DNA of 37,473 nt from IMG/VR virus record IMGVR_UViG_3300028549_000928, positions 1-37,473 of that record; one strand, 5' to 3'. Position numbers and translations under genes: made by a program. The DNA comes from a virus. The notes beneath the pieces were generated by a model. That model ran no database searches. It saw only the letters and a program-made list of their open reading frames with translations, and was not told the DNA's origin. Positions 22,879 through 33,728 of the stretch are shown here, one piece after another; positions within the stretch are counted from its first letter, which is position 1, and each line of letters starts with the position of its first letter.

Positions 22879-24959
22879 GAACAAGTATTCCTATAAATAA
22901 TTTTGCTCACGGTCAAATTGATAGAGATTTAAAAGGCCGTTTTGATTTACCACTAACTCAGAACGGACTTGAACTCATACGCAATTTCTACCCTACAATC
23001 AAGGGTAATGTTATGTATAGAACAGGGTTTGAGTTTTTAAATGAAATAGGATATTCGGCTTTATATGAATTTAAGTTCAATGAAGAGCAATCCTATTTGT
23101 TGGTCTTTACTCCTTTGGTTATAAAATTTTATTCTTATGATTCAACCGGAGAATTTATTCAAGTTTTAAATCCTTCCAATACACCTTTGGAAGTTGCCCA
23201 TAATTGGGGTACAGAAGTATTCAATCTTGATATGGACCAAAATGGAGATGTTTTATACATCACTCACAAAAAATCTAAATATTTGGAATATAAATTGACT
23301 AGAACCGCAAGTAATGCCTTTAATCTAGCTGCAACGGTTTATACCGGAGCATCTTTTGGTGCTGCTGAAACTGTTGGTCACGGATTCCCCGGATTGGTTA
23401 AATTCTATGAAAATAGATTAAATCGGGCACGTTCAAGTAAATATTCAACATATCTTTATGGCTCAAAAGGTGGGGCTTATGACAATTTAACAATTGGAAC
23501 AAATACAAATGACGGATATCAATTCGACCTTGCAGAGGCTATTTCACCTATTTTATGGTTAATATCTGGGCAAAACTCTTTGATTGCAGGAACTCAAGAA
23601 GGTATTATGACAATCAACGGCGGAAGTGTTGATAAAGCGATAACTCCGGATAGTATCTCGGCTAAAATGTCATGTAAAGATGGTTGTTGTGATGTTAAAC
23701 CAATATCAAAGGATGAATTTGTTTTATATGTTTCTCAGAATCAAAGAGCGATTTATGCTTTCTCCTATGATGTCTTGTACGAATTATTTAAAGCTACAAA
23801 TCTTTCAAAAGCAAATTATGAAATCACTAAAGGAAATATAAAAAAACTTGCTTACAAAATTGATAGACATAATTTTATTTATGCAATTTGTGGCGGAAAA
23901 TTACTCAGTATAACTTTCTCTAATGATGAAGGTATAAACGGATGGGCTGTTCACGATACAGACGGAGAGTTTGTTGATATGTGTACAGTAACAAGACCTG
24001 ATGGAGAGACAGATTTATTTGTAAATATCAAAAGAACCATCAATGGACTTACTAGATATTATCTTGAAAGATTGACTGATTATGTAGAATTTTCACGTTT
24101 TGAAGATTTTGTAACTATGGTTGATTCTTCAATGCCTGAGATTGAAAAAAGAGAACAGAAAAAACAAGATAAATGGGCTTTTTATAGAACCATTGCCGAA
24201 GAGTTGAAACAATGTGTCCACTTGGATTCATCAATTAGATATGATGGGCTTGAAACAAGTACAATAACTTTTAATTCGGCTAATAATACTATTACTTGTT
24301 CTGAATCAATATTTCAAAATTCGGATATTGGAAGACGTATTTGGTATAAAACTTTAACCGGACGTGAGTATGGAATTTTTGATATTGTCGGATTTATTAG
24401 TGGCACTCAGGTAACGGTTGATGTAGTGCAAGCACCTACACAAAATTCAATCAATAAATGGTATTTTTCCGCAACTATATTTTCAGGACTTACGCACCTC
24501 GAAGGAGAAACTGTCGGAGTAGTCGGGAATGGCGGTTATTTAGGTGATTTTGTGGTATCAGGCGGAAAAGTAGATATTTCTTCTGCCAATGTAAACAAGG
24601 TAGGTTCTGCGGTCATTGGTTTAAAATACACAGGATTATTGAAAAGTTGCAATTTGGGCTTGGCAGTTCAGGAGACACAAACTCACACAACACCTAAGAA
24701 TCTTTATAAAATGGTATTGAGGTTGAACTTTTCAGCCGGTGGAAAATTCGGTGATGACCTTTACGATTTAGTCGATATTCAAGATTTTAACCCTGATGGA
24801 TTGTATAACATTCCGCCTTTACCTATGGATGGAGATGTTGAGATACCTTATAGCGGTGAATTTGATAAAGATAAACATTATTTCATAGTTCAAGATTCGC
24901 CTCTTCCGTTCCAAATGGCAATGGCAGTTCCGTATTATAAACATGTAACAAACACTTAA
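22875..24959 (+). CDS. Tail tubular protein B / nozzle-like (T7 gp12-like)
   Basis: 694 aa, 4-nt overlap with the adaptor gene. Assigned by position and size in the T7-like order. Confidence 0.55.
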   Translation: MRTSIPINNFAHGQIDRDLKGRFDLPLTQNGLELIRNFYPTIKGNVMYRTGFEFLNEIGYSALYEFKFNEEQSYLLVFTPLVIKFYSYDSTGEFIQVLNPSNTPLEVAHNWGTEVFNLDMDQNGDVLYITHKKSKYLEYKLTRTASNAFNLAATVYTGASFGAAETVGHGFPGLVKFYENRLNRARSSKYSTYLYGSKGGAYDNLTIGTNTNDGYQFDLAEAISPILWLISGQNSLIAGTQEGIMTINGGSVDKAITPDSISAKMSCKDGCCDVKPISKDEFVLYVSQNQRAIYAFSYDVLYELFKATNLSKANYEITKGNIKKLAYKIDRHNFIYAICGGKLLSITFSNDEGINGWAVHDTDGEFVDMCTVTRPDGETDLFVNIKRTINGLTRYYLERLTDYVEFSRFEDFVTMVDSSMPEIEKREQKKQDKWAFYRTIAEELKQCVHLDSSIRYDGLETSTITFNSANNTITCSESIFQNSDIGRRIWYKTLTGREYGIFDIVGFISGTQVTVDVVQAPTQNSINKWYFSATIFSGLTHLEGETVGVVGNGGYLGDFVVSGGKVDISSANVNKVGSAVIGLKYTGLLKSCNLGLAVQETQTHTTPKNLYKMVLRLNFSAGGKFGDDLYDLVDIQDFNPDGLYNIPPLPMDGDVEIPYSGEFDKDKHYFIVQDSPLPFQMAMAVPYYKHVTNT

Positions 24960-24971
24960 AAGGAGATAATA

Positions 24972-25511
24972 ATGCTACCACTATTACCAATCATAATGGC
25001 AGTTGCAAGCTTAGGACTTGGAGTTGCACAAGGAATATCATCAGTTAGTCAATCCAATGAGCAAGCAGATGCAGTTGAGGCACAAAATGCTGCTGCGGTA
25101 ACTGAAAGAGCAAGACAAGCAAAGAAATTAATATCTCAACAAAAAACTTCTTTCTTGAAATCCGGAGTTTATTTTGATGGAACTCCTCAGGCTATATTTG
25201 ATGAAACATATCAAACGGCTGCTAAAGATATTCAGGCAATGGATAATGACAGTAATAACAAGCAAGCCTTGTTGAAACGACAAGGAAAGACGGCTTTTTA
25301 TTCCTCATTGTTGAATGGAACATTGGGTGCTGCAACATCATTTGTGGGGCTTGGTGGAACCGGAAGTGCATTGTCAAGTGCTGCAAGTTCTGTTAGTGGC
25401 AAAGTAATGGGTACAGAGACCGGCAATAATATTTATAATTATATTCAAAAAGTTAAAGGTTTGAATGTTGGCGGATTTAACGGTGGTAGTAGCGGAATAT
25501 TGAACGCATAG
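24972..25511 (+). CDS. Internal virion / ejection protein with an N-terminal TM segment
   Basis: MLPLLPIIMAVASLGLGVAQG followed by a helical Ala/Gln-rich region and a Gly/Ser-rich tail. Position precedes the SLT-containing protein. Confidence 0.5.
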   Translation: MLPLLPIIMAVASLGLGVAQGISSVSQSNEQADAVEAQNAAAVTERARQAKKLISQQKTSFLKSGVYFDGTPQAIFDETYQTAAKDIQAMDNDSNNKQALLKRQGKTAFYSSLLNGTLGAATSFVGLGGTGSALSSAASSVSGKVMGTETGNNIYNYIQKVKGLNVGGFNGGSSGILNA

Positions 25512-25523
25512 GAGATTTTTATA

Positions 25524-27797
25524 ATGCAAGTACAAAGAGGTGATGATAGACAATATTTTGAAAGTTTTGAGCCTAAAAATGATGGTGGAGCAAATTTTAA
25601 TATTACGTCTCAGGCTTTAGGCTCAGGACTTGATATTGCTCAGCAAGCACAGAAAACAAAGCTTGCAAGCTTTCAGGTTGAGGCTAATACCAAAGCTATG
25701 AGATTAAGTGATGAAATAAATACAAAATATCAGGCTGACCCGACAAGCCAAGAAAGAGAGAAAGAATTCTCTGAAGGATTAAAGGGAATATTTGCAGGGT
25801 ATGAAGTGCCTCAAATCTCCAAAGGTGATTGGGATGGGATTACTCAGGGCATACAAAATAATTATAAAACATACAATGACGAATGGAGTATGAAACAACA
25901 AAAAACAAATACTCAAGTTGATTTAAAAAATACTTATTCTCAATTGATAAATAATGCAGCTGAATATGGGGCTAATGGTTCAGACTTGGGCAAGGTAAAA
26001 TTAGAATTTGCAAATGGACTTGATGCTTTAAAAAGTTCAGGAAATGCAGTTCTTGGCGAAGTTGTTACAGGCGAATATTTAAAAGATGCTACGCACGATT
26101 TTATGACCTCTTATGTTGCCGGTATAATTGATAAAAACCCTGCAATGGCACTTCATTTATTAAAAGATAAAGGTGTATTGGATGATATAGACAATCAAGA
26201 AACAATTGAAAAATTAAGACAATCTGCCGGCGTAAAAATGCAACAATTTAATCAAGATTTTGCGGTGCAAAAAGTCTCTGACCTTATAGTGCAAAAAGGC
26301 GATATGGGTATAAAAATAATGGAAGGAACATTGTCAACTGCAGAACTGCAACAAGTAACGCAAAATCTTAAACCAAATGAAAGAGATTTGATTTTTAAGA
26401 TGGCCGGATATGGAACTGGTCAAAAATTTAGTGTCGATAGAGAAACCGGAGAAATCCAATATCCCGAAGTAGAAGAACCGGCAACTGATGCAGATTATAA
26501 CGACCCTTACAATTTTCTTTCAGTTGGTGATAAAACGTGGACTTTTGTTGATGATAAAGGCAAAAGAAGAAATCCTAATGCAATTGAACAATCCGAAATG
26601 ACAACAGAATTATTTGTTGCCGGCTCAAGACTTCTCAACTCAGTAGATGGTGCAACACCTCAAGAAAGCTTACAAAAGGTTGCGGAGTATCAAAATACCT
26701 TAAATAAAGCAACTCTATTTGGACTTAATAAAGAAGATTATCAAAAGATGATGAATGATTTTGTTCTTCCGGCTACAAAAGGAGTACAAGCAGATGCGAA
26801 GAATTATAAGGCAGGCGGTGCTTGGTTTGGAACTGGAGATAAATATGGATATGATGCAATAAGCAATTTCTTTACTCCGGCAAAAGATGCAAAAGAGGGT
26901 GATATAAAAAATCTTTCAAGACAAGAACAACTTGCAGGGTCTTATTATTGGGCAGGACTTCAAAGACAGGCACAACAAAGGGGAATGTCTATTGAGGGTT
27001 TAAAAAAGATGAGCAAAGATGAGCAAAGAAAAATTTATCATCAAGAGGCTCAAAGAGCGATTGAACAAGCAAAATCAACAACTGATAGTCCTCAAACTTG
27101 GTTCAAGCAATTAGAGCCAAATTATGTTTATGGAATAAGTCAAATGTTGCCAAGCCATAACGCAGATAGTGTTATAAATAGAGTTTCTTCAAAGATTCTT
27201 GCATTGCCAAGTGGAGCGAGCAGAGAAGAAATTGACAAAATAGTTGAAAAAGAAATCGGCAATGAATACGCAACAATGAGACAACGAAATAGTAGTACCG
27301 TTAATACTGCATTGAGAACAAGTAAATATGATTATTTAATTCAAAAACACGCACAGAAAAATGGGGTTGATGCTGATTTTATAAGAACCATTATCAAGCA
27401 CGAATCTAATTTTAATGCTAATGCTCATTCTCCTGCCGGAGCAATGGGATTGATGCAATTAATGCCCTCTACTGCTGCCAGTATGGGAATAAGTAAACCA
27501 TTGAATCCTGAACAGAATGTAGATGCCGGAGTGAGGCTTATTACCTCTTTGCTTAAAAGTTATAACGGTGATAAACGATTGGCTCTAGCTGCTTACAATG
27601 CCGGCTCAGGTGCAGTAAAAAAATACAAAGGGATTCCTCCTTATGGAGAGACAAGAAATTATGTAAATAACATTATGGCCGATTATGAGGATTTGAAAAA
27701 ATCAAAGTACCTTCCGGCCGGTTCAACTTCAAAAAAAGTTGTTGCACAAAAAGGACAACCACAACAAGTAGGAAAATGGCAAGTAACAAGAATATAA
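25524..27797 (+). CDS. Internal virion protein with a C-terminal lytic transglycosylase (SLT) domain
   Basis: KHESNFNANAHSPAGAMGLMQLMPSTA ... AAYNAGSGAVKKY ... ETRNYV is a canonical SLT motif set. The candidate catalytic Glu is E627 (27402-27404). Confidence 0.85.
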   Translation: MQVQRGDDRQYFESFEPKNDGGANFNITSQALGSGLDIAQQAQKTKLASFQVEANTKAMRLSDEINTKYQADPTSQEREKEFSEGLKGIFAGYEVPQISKGDWDGITQGIQNNYKTYNDEWSMKQQKTNTQVDLKNTYSQLINNAAEYGANGSDLGKVKLEFANGLDALKSSGNAVLGEVVTGEYLKDATHDFMTSYVAGIIDKNPAMALHLLKDKGVLDDIDNQETIEKLRQSAGVKMQQFNQDFAVQKVSDLIVQKGDMGIKIMEGTLSTAELQQVTQNLKPNERDLIFKMAGYGTGQKFSVDRETGEIQYPEVEEPATDADYNDPYNFLSVGDKTWTFVDDKGKRRNPNAIEQSEMTTELFVAGSRLLNSVDGATPQESLQKVAEYQNTLNKATLFGLNKEDYQKMMNDFVLPATKGVQADAKNYKAGGAWFGTGDKYGYDAISNFFTPAKDAKEGDIKNLSRQEQLAGSYYWAGLQRQAQQRGMSIEGLKKMSKDEQRKIYHQEAQRAIEQAKSTTDSPQTWFKQLEPNYVYGISQMLPSHNADSVINRVSSKILALPSGASREEIDKIVEKEIGNEYATMRQRNSSTVNTALRTSKYDYLIQKHAQKNGVDADFIRTIIKHESNFNANAHSPAGAMGLMQLMPSTAASMGISKPLNPEQNVDAGVRLITSLLKSYNGDKRLALAAYNAGSGAVKKYKGIPPYGETRNYVNNIMADYEDLKKSKYLPAGSTSKKVVAQKGQPQQVGKWQVTRI

Positions 27798-27809
27798 AAG
27801 GAAATTAAC

Positions 27810-30800
27810 GTGGCAAAATTTTTAATAAAATCCCCACAAGGGGTTCAATTCCAAATAGAAAGTGATGGTGATTCCGCACCTACTGAACAAGAATTGAATA
27901 AAATATATTCAAGTCAATTGAAAACCAACGGTGTTGAGTACAATCAACCTAGTAATCATAATGAATTGACTTCTTTTGCTAAAGAAAAAATTAAGGCGGA
28001 AGACCCTATTCGTGCTAAAAAGTGGGAAAGTATGGGTAAAATTTCACCTTTTCAAGCTGCTCAAGAAACAATTAAAAGTGAAGTGGGCGGATTCTTTAAA
28101 AGTTTTTCTGATAATTATATGAAAGCCGTTATGGAAGATTCTAAAATTAACGAAAAAAGACAAGGGGTTGATAGAAATAAACCTCACACACGCTATGAAA
28201 TAGCCGGAATAGATAGAGCCGGACAACCAATGTATAGAGAAATTGACTTGAGCAAAAAAATAGGATTTATGGAAGGACTGAGAAATGCCCTTGCTTATAA
28301 TATGCCTTTTATCGGACAAGCTGCAAAAGGGTTGGATGATAAAAAAGAAAGAGAAATTGTTAAAAAAATCAAAAATAACGAAAACGTCGGAGATGATGAA
28401 GTTAAATTTTTGAACCATAGAATTGATAAACGCAAGGAATATATCATGCGTGGTGTCGGTATTGACGGACAAATTGGTGAAGGATTGGCTGAAACTGCAA
28501 GACTAGGTGGTGAATTATATTTTGGCGGTACTGTGTTTAAAGCATTGGGTGGTGCAAAATTAGCCGGTGCGATTCCATCAAAAGCCGGACAATGGGCGGT
28601 TAATACTTTGGGCGGTGGTGCAGTAGCAACACTTGCGAATCCGCAAAGCATCTACGCAAATTTTCAGGAAAGAATGTTGAATAATGAAATGAAAATTACA
28701 GATTTAGGAAAAGTGGTTTTTAAGGATTCAGAAGAAAAGCCGGCTACTGCATTTTATAAATCTTTGTTTGGTGCATTTTTAAGTAATGCAACTGAAATTG
28801 GCGGCGGTCAATTGTTAGATTCAACCTTTGGACTTACCGGAAAAGTTGCAAGTAATTTAATGAAAAAGAATCCGGCATTGAAAAAACTTATTGAAAAATC
28901 TTCAACTCAATTTGCTAAATATTATGAGAAGGTCAATAATCTTCCGGTAGTCGGAAAGAGTGCGGATTGGCTTTCCAAAAGAGTACACTTTGACGGATTG
29001 CTTGAAGAAATGGGAGAGGAAAGTTTAGAAGACATTTTGCATTTAACTTTTGGAATCAATAATGAAGATAGAAGTTTAGAAAATTATACAAAAGCAGCTT
29101 TTAAATCTCCGGAAGAATGGGCTGTTATTGCAGGAACAATTGCAATGTACGGCGGTGGTGTGTCTATGACAAGCCATCTTTTGAATGCAAGACTTCAAGA
29201 AACAAATTTGAATCAAGAACAAATTGACGAGATTTTACATACTTCATCAGAATCTGAGAAGGTCGATTTGCTTGAAGATATGATTCAAACAAACGGTGTA
29301 ACAATTAAAGGTAGTATAGAATACAACGCTTTAAGGCATCAATTAGTTAGTGCCGGCAGAACAGATGAACAAGCTGAAACTGAAATTCAAGCGTTAAATA
29401 GGATTGATAAAGTTCTTTTGGATAAATACAATCAAGATGGCGAGGCTGAGACATTAATTAAAAAAAGAAATTTAAAGGCCTTGAGTATAAATAATAAAAT
29501 CCAACAAAAGCGTGAAGAAAATTTTGTTAGTGAAAATATGGGCGGACGTGAACGTCAAACATTTAGACCGGAAGAATTAAATACTGATGCTAAAGCTTTT
29601 CAATATAAAGAAAATTCTGATAGTGAAGGTGTCACCGATAGATTAGAAGGGATTGAGGAATTTGACCCTTTATTTGCCGGAGATGTTATTGTTTATGAAA
29701 CAAAAGATGGAGAAAAATATATTGCAGACGGACATCAACGGCTTGGGCTTGCTAAAAGACTTGAAGACCCGAATATTAAATTAAGCGGTTATGTCTTCAA
29801 GGAATCTGATGGATTCACTCCGGAGAAAGTAAGAGTTCTTGCAGCACAAAAAAACATTGCGGAAGGTTCAGGAACTGCGATTGATACCGCTAAAATCATA
29901 AAAGAAATAGGAGTTGAAAACATTCCTAAGTCTTTACCAAAGAATTCCGCATTGGTGAGAAATGGAATTTCACTTGCACGTTTTGGAGATGAGGCTTTTC
30001 AAAAAGTTATCAATGGTGATGTTACTCCTCAACAAGGTGCGGTGATAGCTGACGTTATAAGAAATGATGAAGTTAAGCAATCCGTTTGTATTGATGGAGT
30101 TAAAAAGGCAAGATTTGAGAATCTTGAGCAAGTCGCATTATTTGCTCAGGAGGTTTTGAGTGCCGATACAACGCAAAGTGAGCAGACAAATTTATTCGGA
30201 ACTGAAACAATTTTTGAGACCACGGCGATCGAAAAAATACAAATTGTTGACAGAGCAACAAAATTATTAAAACAAGATAAAAAAATCTTTACCGGATTAT
30301 TGAGAAATAAAGCAAAGATTGAAAGTATAGGAGAAAACGAACTTGATTCAAAAACGAATGAAGAGGTCAAACTTGATGCAGATAAAGCAATTACAATTAT
30401 ACAAAAATTGTCTTGTATGCGTGGAGAAATATCAGATAAAGCCAATAAACTTGCCAAAGAATATAAAGATGGAAAAATAACTTTTAATCACGCAGTTATG
30501 CAATTTAGAGACTATGCACAATCAAAGGAAGTCTTGGAAAGTATCTTTGGCCAAAAAACCCAAGAAAACAATCTTGGTAAAGAAATTGAATCACAAGAAG
30601 TTAAAACTGTGCAAGAAATTGAGCAGGATGAGGATTTGGAGAGTGATGGGATTGATGAGGCTCTTGGATTAAAAAAACTCCCCTTAAAAGGTTTTGAAAA
30701 AGAATCTGAAAAAACCGCAAAAAAAGAACAAGATGAAATTTCAAAAAAAGAATCACGTGAAAAAAACTCAACAACTGCAGATGGATTTCAAAATGCTATG

Positions 30801-33713
30801 TTTAATATTGAACAGTTTAAAGATGGTCAATCAATGCTTTTTGATACTTCTGATATGAAGAATGCCGTCTCTTATTCTCAATCAAGTAAAGACGAATTCA
30901 AGGAAGATTCCAGAGCCTTTATTCAATTCAGAAATGATGAAACCATTATAGGACTTCTTGAAGGCCATGACGCTTCGTCCGTAGTACACGAATTAGCACA
31001 CCTTTACTTGCACGACATACAAGAACTCGCAAAAACAAACAAACGTGCAGCCAAGGACTTACAGGAGGTCTATGAATGGCTTGGTAGAGACTTACATAAA
31101 GAATATACAGAAGATGAAGAAAGAGAGTTACACGAGAAGTTTGCACGAGGCTTTGAGGGCTATTTGATGAATGGTCAAGCACCTACGCAACGTATGCAAA
31201 CACTTTTTGATAAATTTAAAATATTTTTAGAAGATGTTTATAAGCATTTTGAAGAGTTGGGAATAGATTTTTCAGAAGATGTTAAACGTGGATTTGATAG
31301 ACTTTTTACAACTGATGAAGAATACGAAAAAGAAGTTTTACCAATGTATGAGCAGAATTATGAGATGTTGAGTAGTCTTCGGCCGTCTTTTTGGGAATCC
31401 ATCCGGAATAATACAAAGAATAATGTTCAAGCAATAAGCCATTGGTGGGATGCCTTGGCGATTCCTATTGATACACGTCTTGGTAAAATTGACCCTAAAT
31501 TGAAAAACATTATTAAAAAACATACTTTCGATATTATGAATATTAACGCAAAGGATGCCAAGGCAATGACACCCTTTCTTGAAACTGCTCAGAAAATGCA
31601 AAGAGAAAACGAAAAGGATTTTAAAATTCTTGACCTTGCATTAAAAAATCGTGATACTTACATGACAAATAAGATTCTTAAAAAATATAATTTATCAAAA
31701 GATTTTGAGGCCGTAAAAGATATTTTGGATAGTATCTATAATGAATCAGTAGAAGTCGGTCTTGATTTGGGTTATCTTGAAAATTATTTCCCACGTTTAA
31801 TTGATAATAATAAATCTGAACAATTCCTTGATTATTTTGAAAAAATGGCACTACAAGAAGAGATTGACATAAGAAATCAGATTATCGACTTCGAAGAGGC
31901 ACAATATTCGAATGCCATAAAATCATTGAGAGATGCAGACCCTGATGGTTTATGGTCAAGAGAAGACAAGGCAAAATTTTTAAATACTCTCATTAGAGGC
32001 TTTGGGAAAAATAATATTATGCTTTCAAGAATAGGGCAATTGAAATTTGAAAGACAAATTGATAAATTAACTCCGGAACTCAACGCTTTTTATAAATCGT
32101 TTACTGAGGCTTTGGCATATTATATTCCTTCTGCTCGTAAGAACATTGAGGAAAGAAAATTCTTTGGTGGTGAAAATAAAGAAGTAGGAAAGCTTAGAGG
32201 CACAATAAAACAAAAACGCACAACCCTAAAAGAGGTCAAGGAAAGAACTCCAAGCCAAGCAAAATTCAAAGAGGCTACAAGATTAAAGTACGAATTATCA
32301 AGTGTTGTTATCAGGCACGAAAACGCTCTTAGGTCTTATAGTAATGGAATTATTGCATCTGAAAATACTCAAAAAAGATTCAGCGGAGTAAAGGATGAGT
32401 ATGTTCCAAACTTGGAAGAAATGAAAGCTAATATTGACAAGCTAGGAGAGCAAAGAAAGCACCTTGAAGAACAGATTGAATACATAGAAGGTGAAAATCC
32501 TCTTACTGTTAAAAATATTGTAATGAGAAGATTGACAGAAGATATAAAAAAAGCGAATGAACAAATAGGACTAATTATCGGTGATGAAAAAAATATTGAA
32601 AATAGTATTGGTGCTTTAGTGTCTTCACTTGTTTTCAATGGCGATATTTATGCAAAAGATGAAAAAATAATCAGAGACCTTTTAGTTGCTAGATTTAGCA
32701 ATGCAAAAGTCAATGGTGCAACCGCCTTTATCCGTGATGTTGGTTATATTGGAACTTTAAATGATATTACAAATGCTGTAACTCAATTTGGAGACCTTGC
32801 TTTTTCTGCTTATAAATTCGGCTTATTTGATACAATCGCCGGAGCAAGAAAAGTTGAAGGATTGACCCGTAAAGATTTAGGATTATCAACGATTGCGGAA
32901 GAATTTCAGAATCCGGAAGGAACGGCAAAAGCAGTTAATAATATCTTAAAATGGATTGGGCTTGAGGCAATTGACGGATTCGGCAAAAATACGGTTATCA
33001 ATGCCTCTGTAAATAAAGCAAGAAGACTTGCAAAAAAGGATGATAAAAAATTAAATGAAAAATTGAAATTTATGTTCGGTGATGAGGCAAAACAAGTCAA
33101 GCAAGATTTGATTGATGGTAATATTACGGACGGAGTTTTATTTATTGCTTATAGTGACCTTTCAGATATTCAACCTATATCAATTGACCAAATGACAGAA
33201 ATTTATTCAAAAGGTGGAGTATATAGATTGTTTTATATGCTAAAAACTTATTCAATAAAAGCGGTTGATATTGTTAGAAATGATTGTTTTATGAAAATAT
33301 CAGAAGGAACAAAAACAAAAAATAAATCACTTATTGGTGAAGGTTTAATGAACTTGGCCAGACTTCAATTTTTTATGCTTATGTTTGGGATTCCAAAAGA
33401 TATGTTGGTTGATTTTATTTTAAATAGAGAATTCAACCTCCCTGAAAGTGTCATGGATAATTTGATTACTTCTTTGATATTTAACAGATTCGTAAAAAGA
33501 ACTTTTGAAAAAGAAGGTCTTGGAAGTGCCACATTAAACTATGCAATACCACCATTTTTCAGAATGCTTGACACTTGGACTAAAGACACTATGTCGGTTG
33601 TTCAAGGCAAAAAAGATATTAAAGATGCTTATGGATGGGCTTACATTCCATTCGCAGGAAAGCTTTACTACAATTGGCTTGGTGGGTCTAAGCATAAGAG
33701 AGTTGAACAATAA
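27810..33713 (+). CDS. Giant (1967 aa) internal virion / ejected polyvalent protein with a ParB/Srx-like motif and an HExxH zincin motif
   Basis: GTG start after an AAAGGAAA RBS. Contains GDVIVYETKDGEKYIADGHQRLGLAKRL (DGHQR at 29727-29741) and SSVVHELAHLYLHD (HELAH at 30987-31001), followed by ELHEKFARGFEGYLMNG. Position matches T7 gp16-class proteins. Confidence 0.8.
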   Translation: MAKFLIKSPQGVQFQIESDGDSAPTEQELNKIYSSQLKTNGVEYNQPSNHNELTSFAKEKIKAEDPIRAKKWESMGKISPFQAAQETIKSEVGGFFKSFSDNYMKAVMEDSKINEKRQGVDRNKPHTRYEIAGIDRAGQPMYREIDLSKKIGFMEGLRNALAYNMPFIGQAAKGLDDKKEREIVKKIKNNENVGDDEVKFLNHRIDKRKEYIMRGVGIDGQIGEGLAETARLGGELYFGGTVFKALGGAKLAGAIPSKAGQWAVNTLGGGAVATLANPQSIYANFQERMLNNEMKITDLGKVVFKDSEEKPATAFYKSLFGAFLSNATEIGGGQLLDSTFGLTGKVASNLMKKNPALKKLIEKSSTQFAKYYEKVNNLPVVGKSADWLSKRVHFDGLLEEMGEESLEDILHLTFGINNEDRSLENYTKAAFKSPEEWAVIAGTIAMYGGGVSMTSHLLNARLQETNLNQEQIDEILHTSSESEKVDLLEDMIQTNGVTIKGSIEYNALRHQLVSAGRTDEQAETEIQALNRIDKVLLDKYNQDGEAETLIKKRNLKALSINNKIQQKREENFVSENMGGRERQTFRPEELNTDAKAFQYKENSDSEGVTDRLEGIEEFDPLFAGDVIVYETKDGEKYIADGHQRLGLAKRLEDPNIKLSGYVFKESDGFTPEKVRVLAAQKNIAEGSGTAIDTAKIIKEIGVENIPKSLPKNSALVRNGISLARFGDEAFQKVINGDVTPQQGAVIADVIRNDEVKQSVCIDGVKKARFENLEQVALFAQEVLSADTTQSEQTNLFGTETIFETTAIEKIQIVDRATKLLKQDKKIFTGLLRNKAKIESIGENELDSKTNEEVKLDADKAITIIQKLSCMRGEISDKANKLAKEYKDGKITFNHAVMQFRDYAQSKEVLESIFGQKTQENNLGKEIESQEVKTVQEIEQDEDLESDGIDEALGLKKLPLKGFEKESEKTAKKEQDEISKKESREKNSTTADGFQNAMFNIEQFKDGQSMLFDTSDMKNAVSYSQSSKDEFKEDSRAFIQFRNDETIIGLLEGHDASSVVHELAHLYLHDIQELAKTNKRAAKDLQEVYEWLGRDLHKEYTEDEERELHEKFARGFEGYLMNGQAPTQRMQTLFDKFKIFLEDVYKHFEELGIDFSEDVKRGFDRLFTTDEEYEKEVLPMYEQNYEMLSSLRPSFWESIRNNTKNNVQAISHWWDALAIPIDTRLGKIDPKLKNIIKKHTFDIMNINAKDAKAMTPFLETAQKMQRENEKDFKILDLALKNRDTYMTNKILKKYNLSKDFEAVKDILDSIYNESVEVGLDLGYLENYFPRLIDNNKSEQFLDYFEKMALQEEIDIRNQIIDFEEAQYSNAIKSLRDADPDGLWSREDKAKFLNTLIRGFGKNNIMLSRIGQLKFERQIDKLTPELNAFYKSFTEALAYYIPSARKNIEERKFFGGENKEVGKLRGTIKQKRTTLKEVKERTPSQAKFKEATRLKYELSSVVIRHENALRSYSNGIIASENTQKRFSGVKDEYVPNLEEMKANIDKLGEQRKHLEEQIEYIEGENPLTVKNIVMRRLTEDIKKANEQIGLIIGDEKNIENSIGALVSSLVFNGDIYAKDEKIIRDLLVARFSNAKVNGATAFIRDVGYIGTLNDITNAVTQFGDLAFSAYKFGLFDTIAGARKVEGLTRKDLGLSTIAEEFQNPEGTAKAVNNILKWIGLEAIDGFGKNTVINASVNKARRLAKKDDKKLNEKLKFMFGDEAKQVKQDLIDGNITDGVLFIAYSDLSDIQPISIDQMTEIYSKGGVYRLFYMLKTYSIKAVDIVRNDCFMKISEGTKTKNKSLIGEGLMNLARLQFFMLMFGIPKDMLVDFILNREFNLPESVMDNLITSLIFNRFVKRTFEKEGLGSATLNYAIPPFFRMLDTWTKDTMSVVQGKKDIKDAYGWAYIPFAGKLYYNWLGGSKHKRVEQ

Positions 33714-33728
33714 CAGAAGGAGATTAAA

